Assembly (NCBI RefSeq): GCF_004010195.1
Contig: NC_057720.1
Coordinates: forward strand, 11,309,039 to 11,362,125
Direction of reading: 5' to 3'
Origin: Chiloscyllium plagiosum
Lineage: Eukaryota
Length of the DNA: 53,087 nt
Shown: positions 1-11,266 of the stretch, one piece after another
Numbering within the stretch: position 1 is the stretch's first letter
Layout of the letters: each line of letters starts with the position of its first letter
The notes under the pieces: generated by a model
What the model was told of the DNA's origin: nothing
What the model saw: the letters and a program-made list of their open reading frames with translations, nothing else
Database searches by the model: none
Made by a program: the position numbers and the translations under genes

Positions 1-393
1 CCTCGATTCCCCTTCCTGATTAAACCCCTCGGGCTGGAATATAACCACTCGATTGCCCTTCCTGATTAAACCCCTCGGCCTGGAATATAACCCCTCGATT
101 CCCCCTTCCTGATTAAACCCCTCGGCCTGGTATATAACCCCTCGATTCCCCCTTCCTGATTAAACCCCTCGGCCTGGAATATAACCTCTCGATTTCCCCC
201 TTCCTGATTTTAAAAATTTCTTTCTGTCATTAAACCCCTCGGCCTGGAATATAACCCCTCGATTCCCCCTTCCTGATTAAACCCCTCGGCCTGGTATATA
301 ACCCCTCGATTCCCCCTTCCTGATTAAACCCCTCGGCCTGGAATATAACCTCTCGATTTCCCCCTTCCTGATTTTAAAAAATCTCTTTCTGTC
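1..393. repeat. 47-bp minisatellite with a 164-bp higher-order duplication, derived from a minus-strand CR1 3' region
   Basis: Monomer attaaacccctcggcctggaatataacccctcgattcccccttcctg. Block 65-228 is repeated at 229-393 with the same variant order. Confidence 0.9.
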
Positions 394-1235
394 TCAGCGT
401 TGAATATACCTCACTGAAACCACAATATAACATTGGGGTTGAGGTCTTCGTGTTGCGTCCCCCATTGTGCCTTTTTTAACTTGGTGTGAGCTGAGCTGGT
501 ACTTTGGTTTGGGAGGGAGGTGGTCAGAGTTTGCCTTGCCGTCCTGGGAGGGGCATCGCAACAGAGAGCGGTGAGGAGGTGGGCTGAGGGTTGGAGCTGA
601 GGATCCTCCCATGAAGGTCTGACTGAGGACAAAATGGACGCCACGGTGCCCTGCTAATCGCGGCCGATCAGACTCTGACCTTGACTCTACCTTCCTATCC
701 CCCCCCCCCCCAAATCTCTTGGTTACCAACATTCAGCCTCAGAAGATAAGGGCGAGGTTTCGTGGCTGGCAAGAGGAGGCCATTCTGGCGACCTCGCTGC
801 TGCTTGCCCGCAGTGGCACAGAGGTGTTGCGTGAACCACGCCCGGTTTCTGATTGATCGGTCGGGTTTGTAACTCTGGGGGAGTACCAGAGGACGGGTGT
901 GTTGGGAGGGGCTGAATTGGCACCTGCAGGTCTCAGCCAGAACTTGTGCCACCCTCTGGTTGAGTCTTTAACACGCCTTTTGAGCCGCGGGGCGTGCGAT
1001 TGGCAGCTTGGAGGGAGGTGGGCAGGTTGCCTTGCTCAGGGTCGCTCGCGGCATCGCCCCTTTTACAGGAGCGCATGTCGGTGATTGATTATTGGTTGTG
1101 GTAAATTGCAAAACCATTTCATTGTCACAGGGTTATTGCTCTGAGTGTGCGCAGTGGAGAGCTGTGTGTGTCTCTATGTGTGGAGGAGACAGCACACAAC
1201 CAGACAGAGTTACCACTTGGGAAACTTCTTCGCTG

Positions 1236-1550
1236 ACCACAGAATTGCCACGGTGCGGAAAAAGGCCATTCGGCCCGTCATGTCTGCACCGACCCTCCGA
1301 AGGGCATACTGCCCAGGCCCAACCCTATCCCTGTAACCCCACATTTCCCACAGCTAACCCACTCTAACCTGCACATACCTGGGCACTACGGGCACAATTT
1401 AGCACGGCTAATCCACCCTAACCTGCACATCCCTGGGCACTCAGGGGACAATTTAGCACGGCCAATCCACCCTAACCTGCACATCCCTGGGCACTACGGG
1501 GATAATTTAGCACGGCCAATCCACCCTAACCCGCACATCCCTGGGCACTA
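1236..1550 (-). mobile_element. HE1-like SINE 3' part with a 54-bp internal segment tandemly repeated about 3.5 times (1364-1550)
   Basis: Unit ctaacctgcacatccctgggcactacgggnncaatttagcacggccaatccacc starts at 1364, 1418, 1472 and 1526. Confidence 0.8.
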
Positions 1551-1654
1551 GTAAAGTGGATGCAGAGAGGAGAGGGGCTGAACAATCTCCTCTCATACCT
1601 TGTTCTGAAAAGCTGACTCCATGACTGAGATAACCTGCATTGAATTTGTTTTTA

Positions 1655-1795
1655 GATTAGATCAGATTGCTTACAGTGCGGAAACAGGCCCTTCGGCCCA
1701 ACAAGTCCATACCAACACTCCGAAGTGCAACCCACCCAGACTCATTCCCCTATATTTACCCCTTCACCTAACATTACGGGCAATTTAGCATGGCC
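1655..1795 (-). mobile_element. HE1 SINE 3' fragment
   Basis: (ttaga)n tail followed by 'acagtgcggaaacaggcccttcggcccaacaagtcc', as in the full-length copies in this window. Confidence 0.8.
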
Positions 1796-2214
1796 TCAAA
1801 ATGTTCACTGGTCCAGCTCAGGGTCAAGGAACAGGAGGCCATTCAGCCCTTCTGGTTGGGACCTTACTAAGCCATACTTTAACCCAGTGTGACCATCTCA
1901 GCCCCTTGCCCCGGGAGTCTTGCTGTTCAACGTTAAAATGTTTTGACTGTCAGATTTTGCCGAAGATGACGACGTCGGCGACTCCTTCAGAAAACAAAAG
2001 GAAAGGAGTGAGGCCTGGGCTCTGTCAGAGGTTAGGCAAGCTGGCAAAGGCAGAGAGGGTACCCACAGCCAGCCTGGACACACACAGTCTGGATCAGAGA
2101 GACAGAGACACAGAAAATCTATATCACTGCAGGCACTCAACAGTGCAGTCCGGTTTGGACTCAATCCAGGGAAAGTTTGGCAGGAGACAGGCTCACTGAT
2201 CCTAAAGGATTGAG

Positions 2215-2675
2215 GGGAATGAGAGAGCGTAGGAATAGGAGGTAGAGTGAGAGGCAGAGAGGGAGTCGAGAGAGAGAGAGATTGAAGAGAGAGGAGGTCG
2301 AGAGAGAGAGAGACAAGAGTCGAGAGAGATTCTAGAGAGAGAGAGAGAGAGAGAGACGAATCAAGAGAGGTCGAGAGAGAGAGAGAGAGATTGAAGAGAG
2401 AGCTGGTCGAGAGAGAGACAAGTCGAGAGACAGCGAGATTCAAGAGAGGAGGTCAAGAGCGAGAGAGACACAGAGAGCGAGAGAGACACAGACACAGAGA
2501 GCGAGAGAGACACAGACACAGAGAGCGAGAGAGACACAGACACAGAGAGCGAGAGAGACACAGACACAGAGAGCGAGAGAGACACAGACACAGAGAGCGA
2601 GAGAGACACAGACAGTGGAAAGGAGAGAAGAAAGAAGGCAGAGGGAAGAGGAGGGGAAAGAGGATAGAGGTAGAG
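2215..2675. repeat. GA-rich low-complexity tract including a 24-bp tandem repeat (gagagcgagagagacacagacaca)n at about 2473-2613
   Basis: Directly visible; explains the RERERHRH and SLSLSVSV ORFs. Confidence 0.95.
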
Positions 2676-3097
2676 ACATTGTTCGGTTTGACTGCAGCAC
2701 ATCCAGCAGCCCAGGCATCGAGAGGCTGTGCCGCTGCACCTTAGAAACCACCGCTGTCTGTTGCTAGGAATCCACCAGTCAGTCAGCACCATATAGTGAG
2801 CACCATCTGCTCCTGCCTCGCAATCTATCAACACGTGAGTGTCTCACACAGAGAGTGAGCAACACCTCTCATTTCATCACCACCCAGTCAGCGTTCAGCT
2901 CAATGAGCACCCTGACAGTCCCAACCTTTCCGCACCACCAACCTGGACACACGTGGCCTGTCTGACCCTAACCAGCACCCAGGTTCACCCTGCTCTCTGA
3001 ATCACCACGGTCCAGGATTCTGTTACCACGCCGAGGTATGGAAGCTTGGGAATGAAGGCTGACAATCTGGCAGGATATCCTCGGGAGCAATCCGCTG

Positions 3098-3735
3098 TCA
3101 TACAGCACGGAAACAGGCCCTTCAGCCTAACCTGTCCATAACGACGGGATGTCCCAAAGTGAACTTGCCCCAATTTCCTGCGTTAGCCCCTATCCCTTCC
3201 TATCCATGTCCCCCATCCTTTTACCAGCCTCCACCACTTCCTCTGGCAGCTCGTTCCACACACGCACCACCCTCTGGGTGAAAAAGTTGTCCCTCATGTC
3301 CCTTTTCCCCCCTCTCACCTTAAACCTACGCCCCTCTAGTTCTGGGCTCCCCCACCCCAGGGGGCGTCTGATGCTCCAGGGAAAACAGCCCCGAGTCTAT
3401 CCAGCCTCTCCCTGTAGCTCAAACCCTCCAACATCCTTGTAAATCTTCTCTGAATCCTTTCAAGTTTCACAACACCCTTCCTATCGCAGGGAGACTAGAC
3501 CCTTTCTCCTCTCACCTTAGAAATGTGCCCCCTAATTCTGAACTCCTCTACTGAGGGAAAAGACCCTTTCCTAAGCCCCTCATGGATTTTACAAGCCTCA
3601 ATAAAGGCCACCCCCTCAACCTCCTACGCTCCGGTGAAAACAGCACATTTTTACATCTCAAAAATCCTGCGTTCCTGGCACATCTCTTTGGAACCGTCTC
3701 CCGTTTAATAATGTCCTTCCCATAACAGGGTGACC
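3098..3735 (-). mobile_element. CR1/HER1-type LINE 3' fragments
   Basis: Reverse complement of the CR1 ORF2 C-terminus and 3' UTR seen in many copies in this window. Confidence 0.8.
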
Positions 3736-4154
3736 CATCAGTTGCCTACCTGCAACAGCACCCCCCCCCCTCCTCCACAACGAGACATTCAGCTCGATGG
3801 GCAATTGCGGGGCGAGAGGGGGTTGGTGGGTGTGTAACGCAGGCCCACCAAGGATACATCAACATTGCACACGAGTAAATTTAGACGAGAGACGGGCCTT
3901 CCCCCAGTCTCGCGCTTTCTGGGAATCCAGGTGGCTTGTGGACTTCTTAACCCAGCTCCTCAGCGAGTGACGTTGAGCCGCTCGCTCGTTACTCAGTGAG
4001 GAAGGGCTTAAGTGTGTCGAGAAAAGGATTCGCGGTGAATGAAGCGAGCTCAGACTGCAGCGGGCGCAGATTGAAACAAAGAATAGACAGCGCGACGTTC
4101 AGCGGGGGCTCCTCTGTCACGAAAACCATCCAGTGTTGGTGAACCGTAAAAGTG

Positions 4155-4630
4155 CAGGATCGTAGCTCCTCGAACGTGGAGTTGCGGGTAAATAGGACAG
4201 CGAAGGCAGCGTTTGGTGTGCGTGCCTTTATTGGTCAGGAGTTGGGAGGCCACGTTGCGGCTGCATTGGTGAGGCCACTTTGGGAATACTGCGTTCGATT
4301 CTGGCCTCCCCGCTACAGGGAAGGATGCTGTGTAACTTGAAAGGGTTCAGAAAAAAAATTGACAAGGATGTTGCCAGGGTTGGGAGGTTTGAGGGAGAGG
4401 CTGGATAGGCCAGGGGCTGTTTTCCCTGGAGTGTCAGAGGCTGAAGGGTGACCTTGTAGAGGTTTAAAAACATCATGAGGGGGGCGTGGATAGGGTAAAT
4501 AGACAAAGTATTTTCCCTCTGGGGTGGGGGAGCCCAGAACTAGAGGTTTATAAAATCATGGGGGGGGGGCATGGATAGGGTAAGTAGACAAGGTCTTTTC
4601 CCCCTGGGGTGGGGGAGCCCAGAACTGGAG
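4155..4630 (+). mobile_element. CR1/HER1-type LINE fragment
   Basis: Encodes a degenerate LVRPLxEYCVxFWxP motif of the CR1 ORF2 C-terminus. Confidence 0.8.
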
Positions 4631-4644
4631 TAGTGCGCAGAGAT

Positions 4645-5055
4645 GAGCAGGTTAGCGTGGATTGGCCGTGCTGTTTTGCTAATACTGTTCAGAGGTATGT
4701 GGACATGGTGCATTAGTCAGGGGGAAATGTAGAGTAATAGGGTAGGGGAATGGGTCTGGGTGGGTTACTCTTCAGAGGATCGGTGTGGACTTGTTGGGCC
4801 GAATGGCCTGTTTCCACACCTTGTAGGGACTCTCTTAGTCCACACACACAGTCGCCCGAGGGTGGAATCGAACCTGGGTCCCTGGCGCATTGAGGTAGCT
4901 AATCAATTGCCCCAGAGTGTCCAGGGCTGTGCAGGCCAGGTGAACTAACCAGGGTAGATGCAGCGCTCTAAGGACAGGGGTAGGGGGTGTGTCTGGGTGG
5001 GATGCTGTTTGGAGGGTTGCTCTGAACTCGATGGGCCAAATGGCCTGTTTACATT
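4645..5055 (+). mobile_element. Cluster of HE1 SINE fragments in mixed orientation
   Basis: Contains 'ggatcggtgtggacttgttgggccgaatggcctgtttccacac' tails and a minus-strand box-B piece at about 4835-4900. Confidence 0.7.
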
Positions 5056-5477
5056 TCGTTCCGCTTGAATTCTTTTGCCCTGAGGCCATGACCTCTCGTT
5101 CTAGATTATACCCGGTGAGGGAAACGCCCACTTTGTGTCTACTTTGTCAACCCCAAAGTCGTTCTCCCAAAGTCTAGGTCCCAAACCACTTGATACTTCC
5201 TCCTCCTCCCACGCCCTGCTGCCCTCCTGCTGTGTTGTTTTGTATTTCGGGGGAGTTTGAACTTTGTAATAATGCTGTATGTTGGAGGGTTAGTCAGCGT
5301 GGAGGGACTTGTTCCAATGCACTGGTCTGTGGGTGCACTACTAGCGCTGCAAAGACCGACCGACCGACCGACCTTCAGTCGTCCTTCTGGTAGAGCTCTA
5401 GGGCTTTAATGCTGCGAGGAGATAGAGGGCGGGAGGGACAGAGAGACCGACAGAGGGGAGACCCAGAGAGAGAAGAG

Positions 5478-5797
5478 CCAGAACAGAGAAAATGTACAGC
5501 CCAGGAACAGGCCCTTCGGCCCTCCAAGCCTGAGCTGATCCAAATCCACTGTCTAAACCTGTCGGTCAATTCCCTCTGCTCCCCACCTCCTCACGCATCT
5601 GTCCAGACACACCTTAAATGAATCTACCGTACCTGCCTCTACCATCTCTGCTGGGCACCCACCCCCCTCTGTGTGAAGTACATGCCGTGTGTATCCCCCT
5701 TAAACCTTTCACCTCTCACCTTGAAAGCGTGACCTTCACCCTGGGGGAAAAAGCTTGTCTCTATCCACCCTGTCGATACCCTTCATGATTTTGTAAA
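5478..5797 (-). mobile_element. CR1 LINE 3' fragment truncated by the 26-bp array
   Basis: 'caggcccttcggcc...ctcaccttgaaag...cccttcatgattttgtaaa' is the reverse complement of a CR1 3' end. Confidence 0.75.
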
Positions 5798-7843
5798 CTC
5801 TCGCTGGCTCGCGCCCCCTCTGCCTCTCGCTGGCTCGCGCCCCCTCTGCCTCTCGCTGGCTCGCGCCCCCTCTGCCTCTCGCTGGCTCGCGCCCCCTCTG
5901 CCTCTCGCTGGCTCGCGCCCCCTCTGCCTCTCGCTGGCTCGCGCCCCCTCTGCCTCTCGCTGGCTCGCGCCCCCTCTGCCTCTCGCTGGCTCGCGCCCCC
6001 TCTGCCTCTCGCTGGCTCGCGCCCCCTCTGCCTCTCGCTGGCTCGCGCCCCCTCTGCCTCTCGCTGGCTCGCGCCCCCTCTGCCTCTCGCTGGCTCGCGC
6101 CCCCTCTGCCTCTCGCTGGCTCGCGCCCCCTCTGCCTCTCGCTGGCTCGCGCCCCCTCTGCCTCTCGCTGGCTCGCGCCCCCTCTGCCTCTCGCTGGCTC
6201 GCGCCCCCTCTGCCTCTCGCTGGCTCGCGCCCCCTCTGCCTCTCGCTGGCTCGCGCCCCCTCTGCCTCTCGCTGGCTCGCGCCCCCTCTGCCTCTCGCTG
6301 GCTCGCGCCCCCTCTGCCTCTCGCTGGCTCGCGCCCCCTCTGCCTCTCGCTGGCTCGCGCCCCCTCTGCCTCTCGCTGGCTCGCGCCCCCTCTGCCTCTC
6401 GCTGGCTCGCGCCCCCTCTGCCTCTCGCTGGCTCGCGCCCCCTCTGCCTCTCGCTGGCTCGCGCCCCCTCTGCCTCTCGCTGGCTCGCGCCCCCTCTGCC
6501 TCTCGCTGGCTCGCGCCCCCTCTGCCTCTCGCTGGCTCGCGCCCCCTCTGCCTCTCGCTGGCTCGCGCCCCCTCTGCCTCTCGCTGGCTCGCGCCCCCTC
6601 TGCCTCTCGCTGGCTCGCGCCCCCTCTGCCTCTCGCTGGCTCGCGCCCCCTCTGCCTCTCGCTGGCTCGCGCCCCCTCTGCCTCTCGCTGGCTCGCGCCC
6701 CCTCTGCCTCTCGCTGGCTCGCGCCCCCTCTGCCTCTCGCTGGCTCGCGCCCCCTCTGCCTCTCGCTGGCTCGCGCCCCCTCTGCCTCTCGCTGGCTCGC
6801 GCCCCCTCTGCCTCTCGCTGGCTCGCGCCCCCTCTGCCTCTCGCTGGCTCGCGCCCCCTCTGCCTCTCGCTGGCTCGCGCCCCCTCTGCCTCTCGCTGGC
6901 TCGCGCCCCCTCTGCCTCTCGCTGGCTCGCGCCCCCTCTGCCTCTCGCTGGCTCGCGCCCCCTCTGCCTCTCGCTGGCTCGCGCCCCCTCTGCCTCTCGC
7001 TGGCTCGCGCCCCCTCTGCCTCTCGCTGGCTCGCGCCCCCTCTGCCTCTCGCTGGCTCGCGCCCCCTCTGCCTCTCGCTGGCTCGCGCCCCCTCTGCCTC
7101 TCGCTGGCTCGCGCCCCCTCTGCCTCTCGCTGGCTCGCGCCCCCTCTGCCTCTCGCTGGCTCGCGCCCCCTCTGCCTCTCGCTGGCTCGCGCCCCCTCTG
7201 CCTCTCGCTGGCTCGCGCCCCCTCTGCCTCTCGCTGGCTCGCGCCCCCTCTGCCTCTCGCTGGCTCGCGCCCCCTCTGCCTCTCGCTGGCTCGCGCCCCC
7301 TCTGCCTCTCGCTGGCTCGCGCCCCCTCTGCCTCTCGCTGGCTCGCGCCCCCTCTGCCTCTCGCTGGCTCGCGCCCCCTCTGCCTCTCGCTGGCTCGCGC
7401 CCCCTCTGCCTCTCGCTGGCTCGCGCCCCCTCTGCCTCTCGCTGGCTCGCGCCCCCTCTGCCTCTCGCTGGCTCGCGCCCCCTCTGCCTCTCGCTGGCTC
7501 GCGCCCCCTCTGCCTCTCGCTGGCTCGCGCCCCCTCTGCCTCTCGCTGGCTCGCGCCCCCTCTGCCTCTCGCTGGCTCGCGCCCCCTCTGCCTCTCGCTG
7601 GCTCGCGCCCCCTCTGCCTCTCGCTGGCTCGCGCCCCCTCTGCCTCTCGCTGGCTCGCGCCCCCTCTGCCTCTCGCTGGCTCGCGCCCCCTCTGCCTCTC
7701 GCTGGCTCGCGCCCCCTCTGCCTCTCGCTGGCTCGCGCCCCCTCTGCCTCTCGCTGGCTCGCGCCCCCTCTGCCTCTCGCTGGCTCGCGCCCCCTCTGCC
7801 TCTCGCTGGCTCGCGCCCCCTCTGCCTCTCGCTGGCTCGCGCC
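5798..7843. repeat. Invariant 26-bp tandem array (ctctcgctggctcgcgccccctctgc) x about 79
   Basis: Directly visible; 77% GC, 3 CpG per unit, no A on the + strand. The 26-aa periodicity of the minus-strand ORF confirms the unit length. Confidence 0.98.
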
Positions 7844-8036
7844 TGCTGAATGTGTGATGGGTAAGGCCTGCAGCTTGGGTCCTCAGTGTCGTTGTGGTTA
7901 GCCGCTGCTTACTTCTGTATGGAATGTGAGGCCAGCTCCCAGTGCGGTCAGGGACTGGCTCCACTTGTTGACCGGACTGTGTGTTTTGCCCGGACTGTGC
8001 CGTGAAAAGTTGGCGGTCTGTTCTCGTTACAAACCC

Positions 8037-8779
8037 GAAAGTGTGAGGTCATGCACTTTGGTCGGAACAATAGCATGGACAGTTTTCTAAGTGGGGAGAA
8101 AGTTCAGCAGTCTGAAGTGCGAAGGGACTTGGGGGTTCTAGTCCAGGATTCTCTCGAGGTAACCTTGCAGGTTGAGTCAGGAAGGCAAAAGCAGTGATGG
8201 CATTTATTATGGGAGGACTCCCAATATAAAAGCAGGGACATTCTTCTGAGGCTCGATAAGGCTCTGGTCAGGCCACATTTGGAGTATTATGCGCAGTTTT
8301 GGGCCCCATATCTCAGGGAGGATGTGCTGGCCCTGGACCGTGTTCAGAAGGGGTTCACGAGACCGCTCCCAGGATTGAACAGCTTAAAATATGAGGAGTG
8401 TTTGAGGACTCTCTGGGTCCGTACTCGGTGGGGTTTAGAAGGTTGAGGGGGGTGGGAATCGAATGGAAACATACAGAAAACTGAACGGACAGAGTGGGTG
8501 TTGGGAAGATGTTCCCATTGGCAGGAGAGACTCGGAGCTGAGGGCACAGCCTGAGAGGAAAGGGAAGGCCCTTTGAGAGCGGAGATAAGGAGGAACGTCT
8601 TCAGCCAGAAGGCTGAGAGGGCCAGGGCATTGAGTCTATTTAGATAGGCTCTTGATTGTCAAGGAATTGTCGAGGCGAAAGCAGGGAGAATGGGATTGAG
8701 AAACCTATCAGCCGCGATTTGAGTGGCGGAGCAGACTGGATGGGCTGAATGGCCTGACCGCTGCTCCTGCGTCTTACGG
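8037..8779 (+). mobile_element. CR1 LINE 3' fragment
   Basis: KCEVMHFG and ALVRPHLEYYAQFWAPYL motifs, ending in a 'gggctgaatggcct...gctcctg' 3' tail. Confidence 0.85.
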
Positions 8780-9924
8780 AGCGGGCTGTCGGACGGGAGG
8801 TGGAAGCAGACTCGGTCGTCCCTTCCAGGAGCCGACGGGATTAACGACTCCGAAGAGGGGAGAGGATTCGCGGGGAGGTTTGGGGGGGGTTGGGGGGGTC
8901 GTCCTGAGCAAGCTGTCGGCTCCTCCAGAAAGCCAGCAGGAGGCTTGAATCAGTGCCGTCCGATTCTGCGACCGGTGTATTGTGCCCTTGACTCATCCAG
9001 TGCACGTGCCTTGTGCGCGAGCAAGTGAGACTCGGGATTCAATCCTGGTAAGTGCGAGGCGACCCACTTTGGAAGAAGGGAAAAGACCAGAGGGCGCCAG
9101 GATTCTCCAGGGAGCACCGGCACCTTGAGGTAGTCGTCTACAAATCCCTGAAGATGGCTGGACAGGTTAACGGGGCGCTTAAGATGGTCGTGTGGGGATG
9201 TTTACCTTGATCAGATTATTGTGATCGATACGGGACAGAGGTCTGAGGTAGTTTCTTTACTCGAGAGTAGTGGGGGGGGGATCGATACAGGACAGAGGTC
9301 TGAGGTGGTTTCTTTACTCAGAGAGTGGTAGGGGTGTGGAACACATTACCTGCAACTGTAGTAGACTCACCACCTATAAGGGCATTTAAATGGTTGTTGG
9401 ATACGCAAGTGAACGAGAATGGAATAGTGTAGGTTAGATGGGCTTCAGATTGGGGTTCCACAGGTCTCTGCAACATCAAGGGCAAAGGGCCTGTACAGCA
9501 CTGTAATGTTCCATGTTCTATAGAGGATGATCTTACGGAAAGGAGTGTCGAATTTCTAAGCCAAGGTGCTATTAAAAAGGAAGAGATGTTGTGCATCTTA
9601 AAAAGTATTACACTAGATAAGGCCCTGGTTCCTGATGGGATCTATCCCAGAATATTGAGGGAGGCAAGAGAACAAATTGCTGGAACATGGGGGGTCGAAG
9701 GGCCTGTAACTGTGCTGGAATGTTCTAGCTTCTAAAAGCAGCGAGGTCCCGTTGGAGCTTTGATTGCCTGAGGAGTGGCAGATGGAGTTTGATTTGGATG
9801 AATTCCAGCTAAAACAAACAAGGGGAATGGCTTACACAGTTTAAAGGTAGGGCCCTGGGCCGCGTTGTAGATCTAGGGGTTCAAGTATATAGTTCTTCAT
9901 AGTTTGCATCACCTATGACAGTGG

Positions 9925-10035
9925 CTTACGCCCGAAACGTCGACTCTCCTGCTCCTCAGAAGCTGCCCGACCTGCTGTGCTTTTCCAGCACCGCTGTAAT
10001 CTAGACTCTGATCTCCAGCGTCTGCAGTCCTCACT
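9925..10035 (+). mobile_element. Penelope-like element terminal (pLTR) fragment with the 3' half of a hammerhead motif
   Basis: 'gcccgaaacgtcgactctcctgctcct...gctgtgcttttccagcac...gcagtcctcact' is shared with the copies at 23188, 31172 and 36938. Confidence 0.75.
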
Positions 10036-10359
10036 AGCATCGATAGCCGGGTTGGTTAAGAAGTCATTTAGCACACTTGCCTTAATTGCTCAGAGCTTTG
10101 AGTGTAGGAGTTGGGGATGTCACGTTGAGGTTGTGCAGGATGTTGGTGAGGCCCCTTCTGGAATACTGTGTCCAGTTCTGGTCTCCCTGTTGAAGCGAGG
10201 GCATTATTAACCCCAGAGGGGGTTCAGAAAAGCTATACCAGGATGGAGGGTTTGAGTTATGGGGAGAGACTGGATAGGCTGGGACGGTTTTTTTCCCCCA
10301 CTGAAACGTAGGAGGTTGAGGGGTGACCTTGTAGAGATTTATAAGGTCATGAGGGTTGT

Positions 10360-10570
10360 GAAATTTAAAAATCTCTCCCATCAGGTTATAGTCCAACAGG
10401 TTGAGTTGGAAGCACTAGCTTTCAGAGCGCTGCTCACTCATCAGCTGATTGTGGAGAATAAGATTGTAAGATCCACTAGTGCTTCCAGATCAACCTGTTG
10501 GACTATAACCTGGTATTGTGAGATTTTTTAACTTTGGACACCCCAGTCCAACACCGGCACCTCCACATCA
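10360..10570. mobile_element. Inverted (palindromic) PLE terminal element, family B, with a degenerate minus-strand hammerhead core at 10413-10447
   Basis: Arms 'aaaaatctc...caggttatagtccaacaggttga..tggaagcactag' and 'ctagtgcttcca..tcaacctgttggactataacctg...gagattttt'. Minus strand reads CTGATGA gtgagc agc gctct GAAAGCTA gtg. Confidence 0.75.
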
Positions 10571-10877
10571 GATTAGATTAGATTACATTACAGTGTGGAA
10601 ACGGGCCCTTCGGCCCAACAAGTCCACACCGAAGCGCAACCCACCCATACCCCTGCATTTACCCCTTACCTAACATTACGGGCAATATACCGTGGCCAAT
10701 TCACCTGACCTGCACATCTTTGGACTGTGGGAGGAAACCGGAGCACCCGGAGGAAACCCACGCAGACACGGGGAGAACGTGCAACCTCCACATAGTCAGT
10801 CGCCTGAGGCGGGAATTGAACCCGGGTCTCTGGTGCTGTGAGGCAGCAGTGCTAACCACTGTGCCACCGTGCTGCCC
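10570..10877 (-). mobile_element. Full-length HE1 SINE (tRNA-derived V-SINE)
   Basis: Minus strand has box A 'ggtggcacagtggtt', box B 'gggttcaattccc', V-domain 'gggtttcctccgggtgctccggtttcctcccacagtccaaag' and a (tctaa)n tail. Confidence 0.92.
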
Positions 10878-11133
10878 ATGAGGAATACTTGGATTAGATT
10901 CCCTACAGTGTGGAAACGGGCCAGTCCACTCCAGTAACCTTGTAGAGATTTCTGAAATCATGAGGGATATGGGTAATATGAATGGCATATGTCTTTTTTC
11001 CCCCGTAGGGTGGGAGACTTCAAGGCTGCGGGCATGTTTTTAAGGTGAGAGGAGAAAGATGTGGGGCAATTTTTAAAAATAAAAAAACAGTGGTCCATGC
11101 GTGGACTGACCTTCCAGAGGAAGTGGTGGATTT

Positions 11134-11266
11134 GGGTGGCACAGTGGTTAGCACTGCTGCCTCTCAGTGCCAGAGACCCGGGTTCAATTCCCTGCGCTTC
11201 GGCGGGTCGGTGTGGACTTGTTGGGCCCAAGGGCCTGTTTCCACACTGTAAGTCATCTAATCTAAT
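11134..11266 (+). mobile_element. Internally deleted HE1 SINE (tRNA head fused directly to the 3' tail)
   Basis: Box A and box B are followed at about 11193 by 'gcgcttcggcgggtcggtgtggacttgttggg...tctaatctaat'; inserted inside a CR1 copy. Confidence 0.8.

Noticed and set aside
1898..2834. RE/RH-rich and SL/SV-rich ORFs
   Set aside because: Artefacts of the GA microsatellite and the 24-bp repeat.
5798..7843. CRISPR-like array
   Set aside because: Units are contiguous with no spacers, there are no cas genes, and the DNA is vertebrate.
5736..7964. 742-aa minus-strand ORF
   Set aside because: It is the translation of the stop-free 26-bp array, ending in CR1 sequence; no evidence of a real protein.
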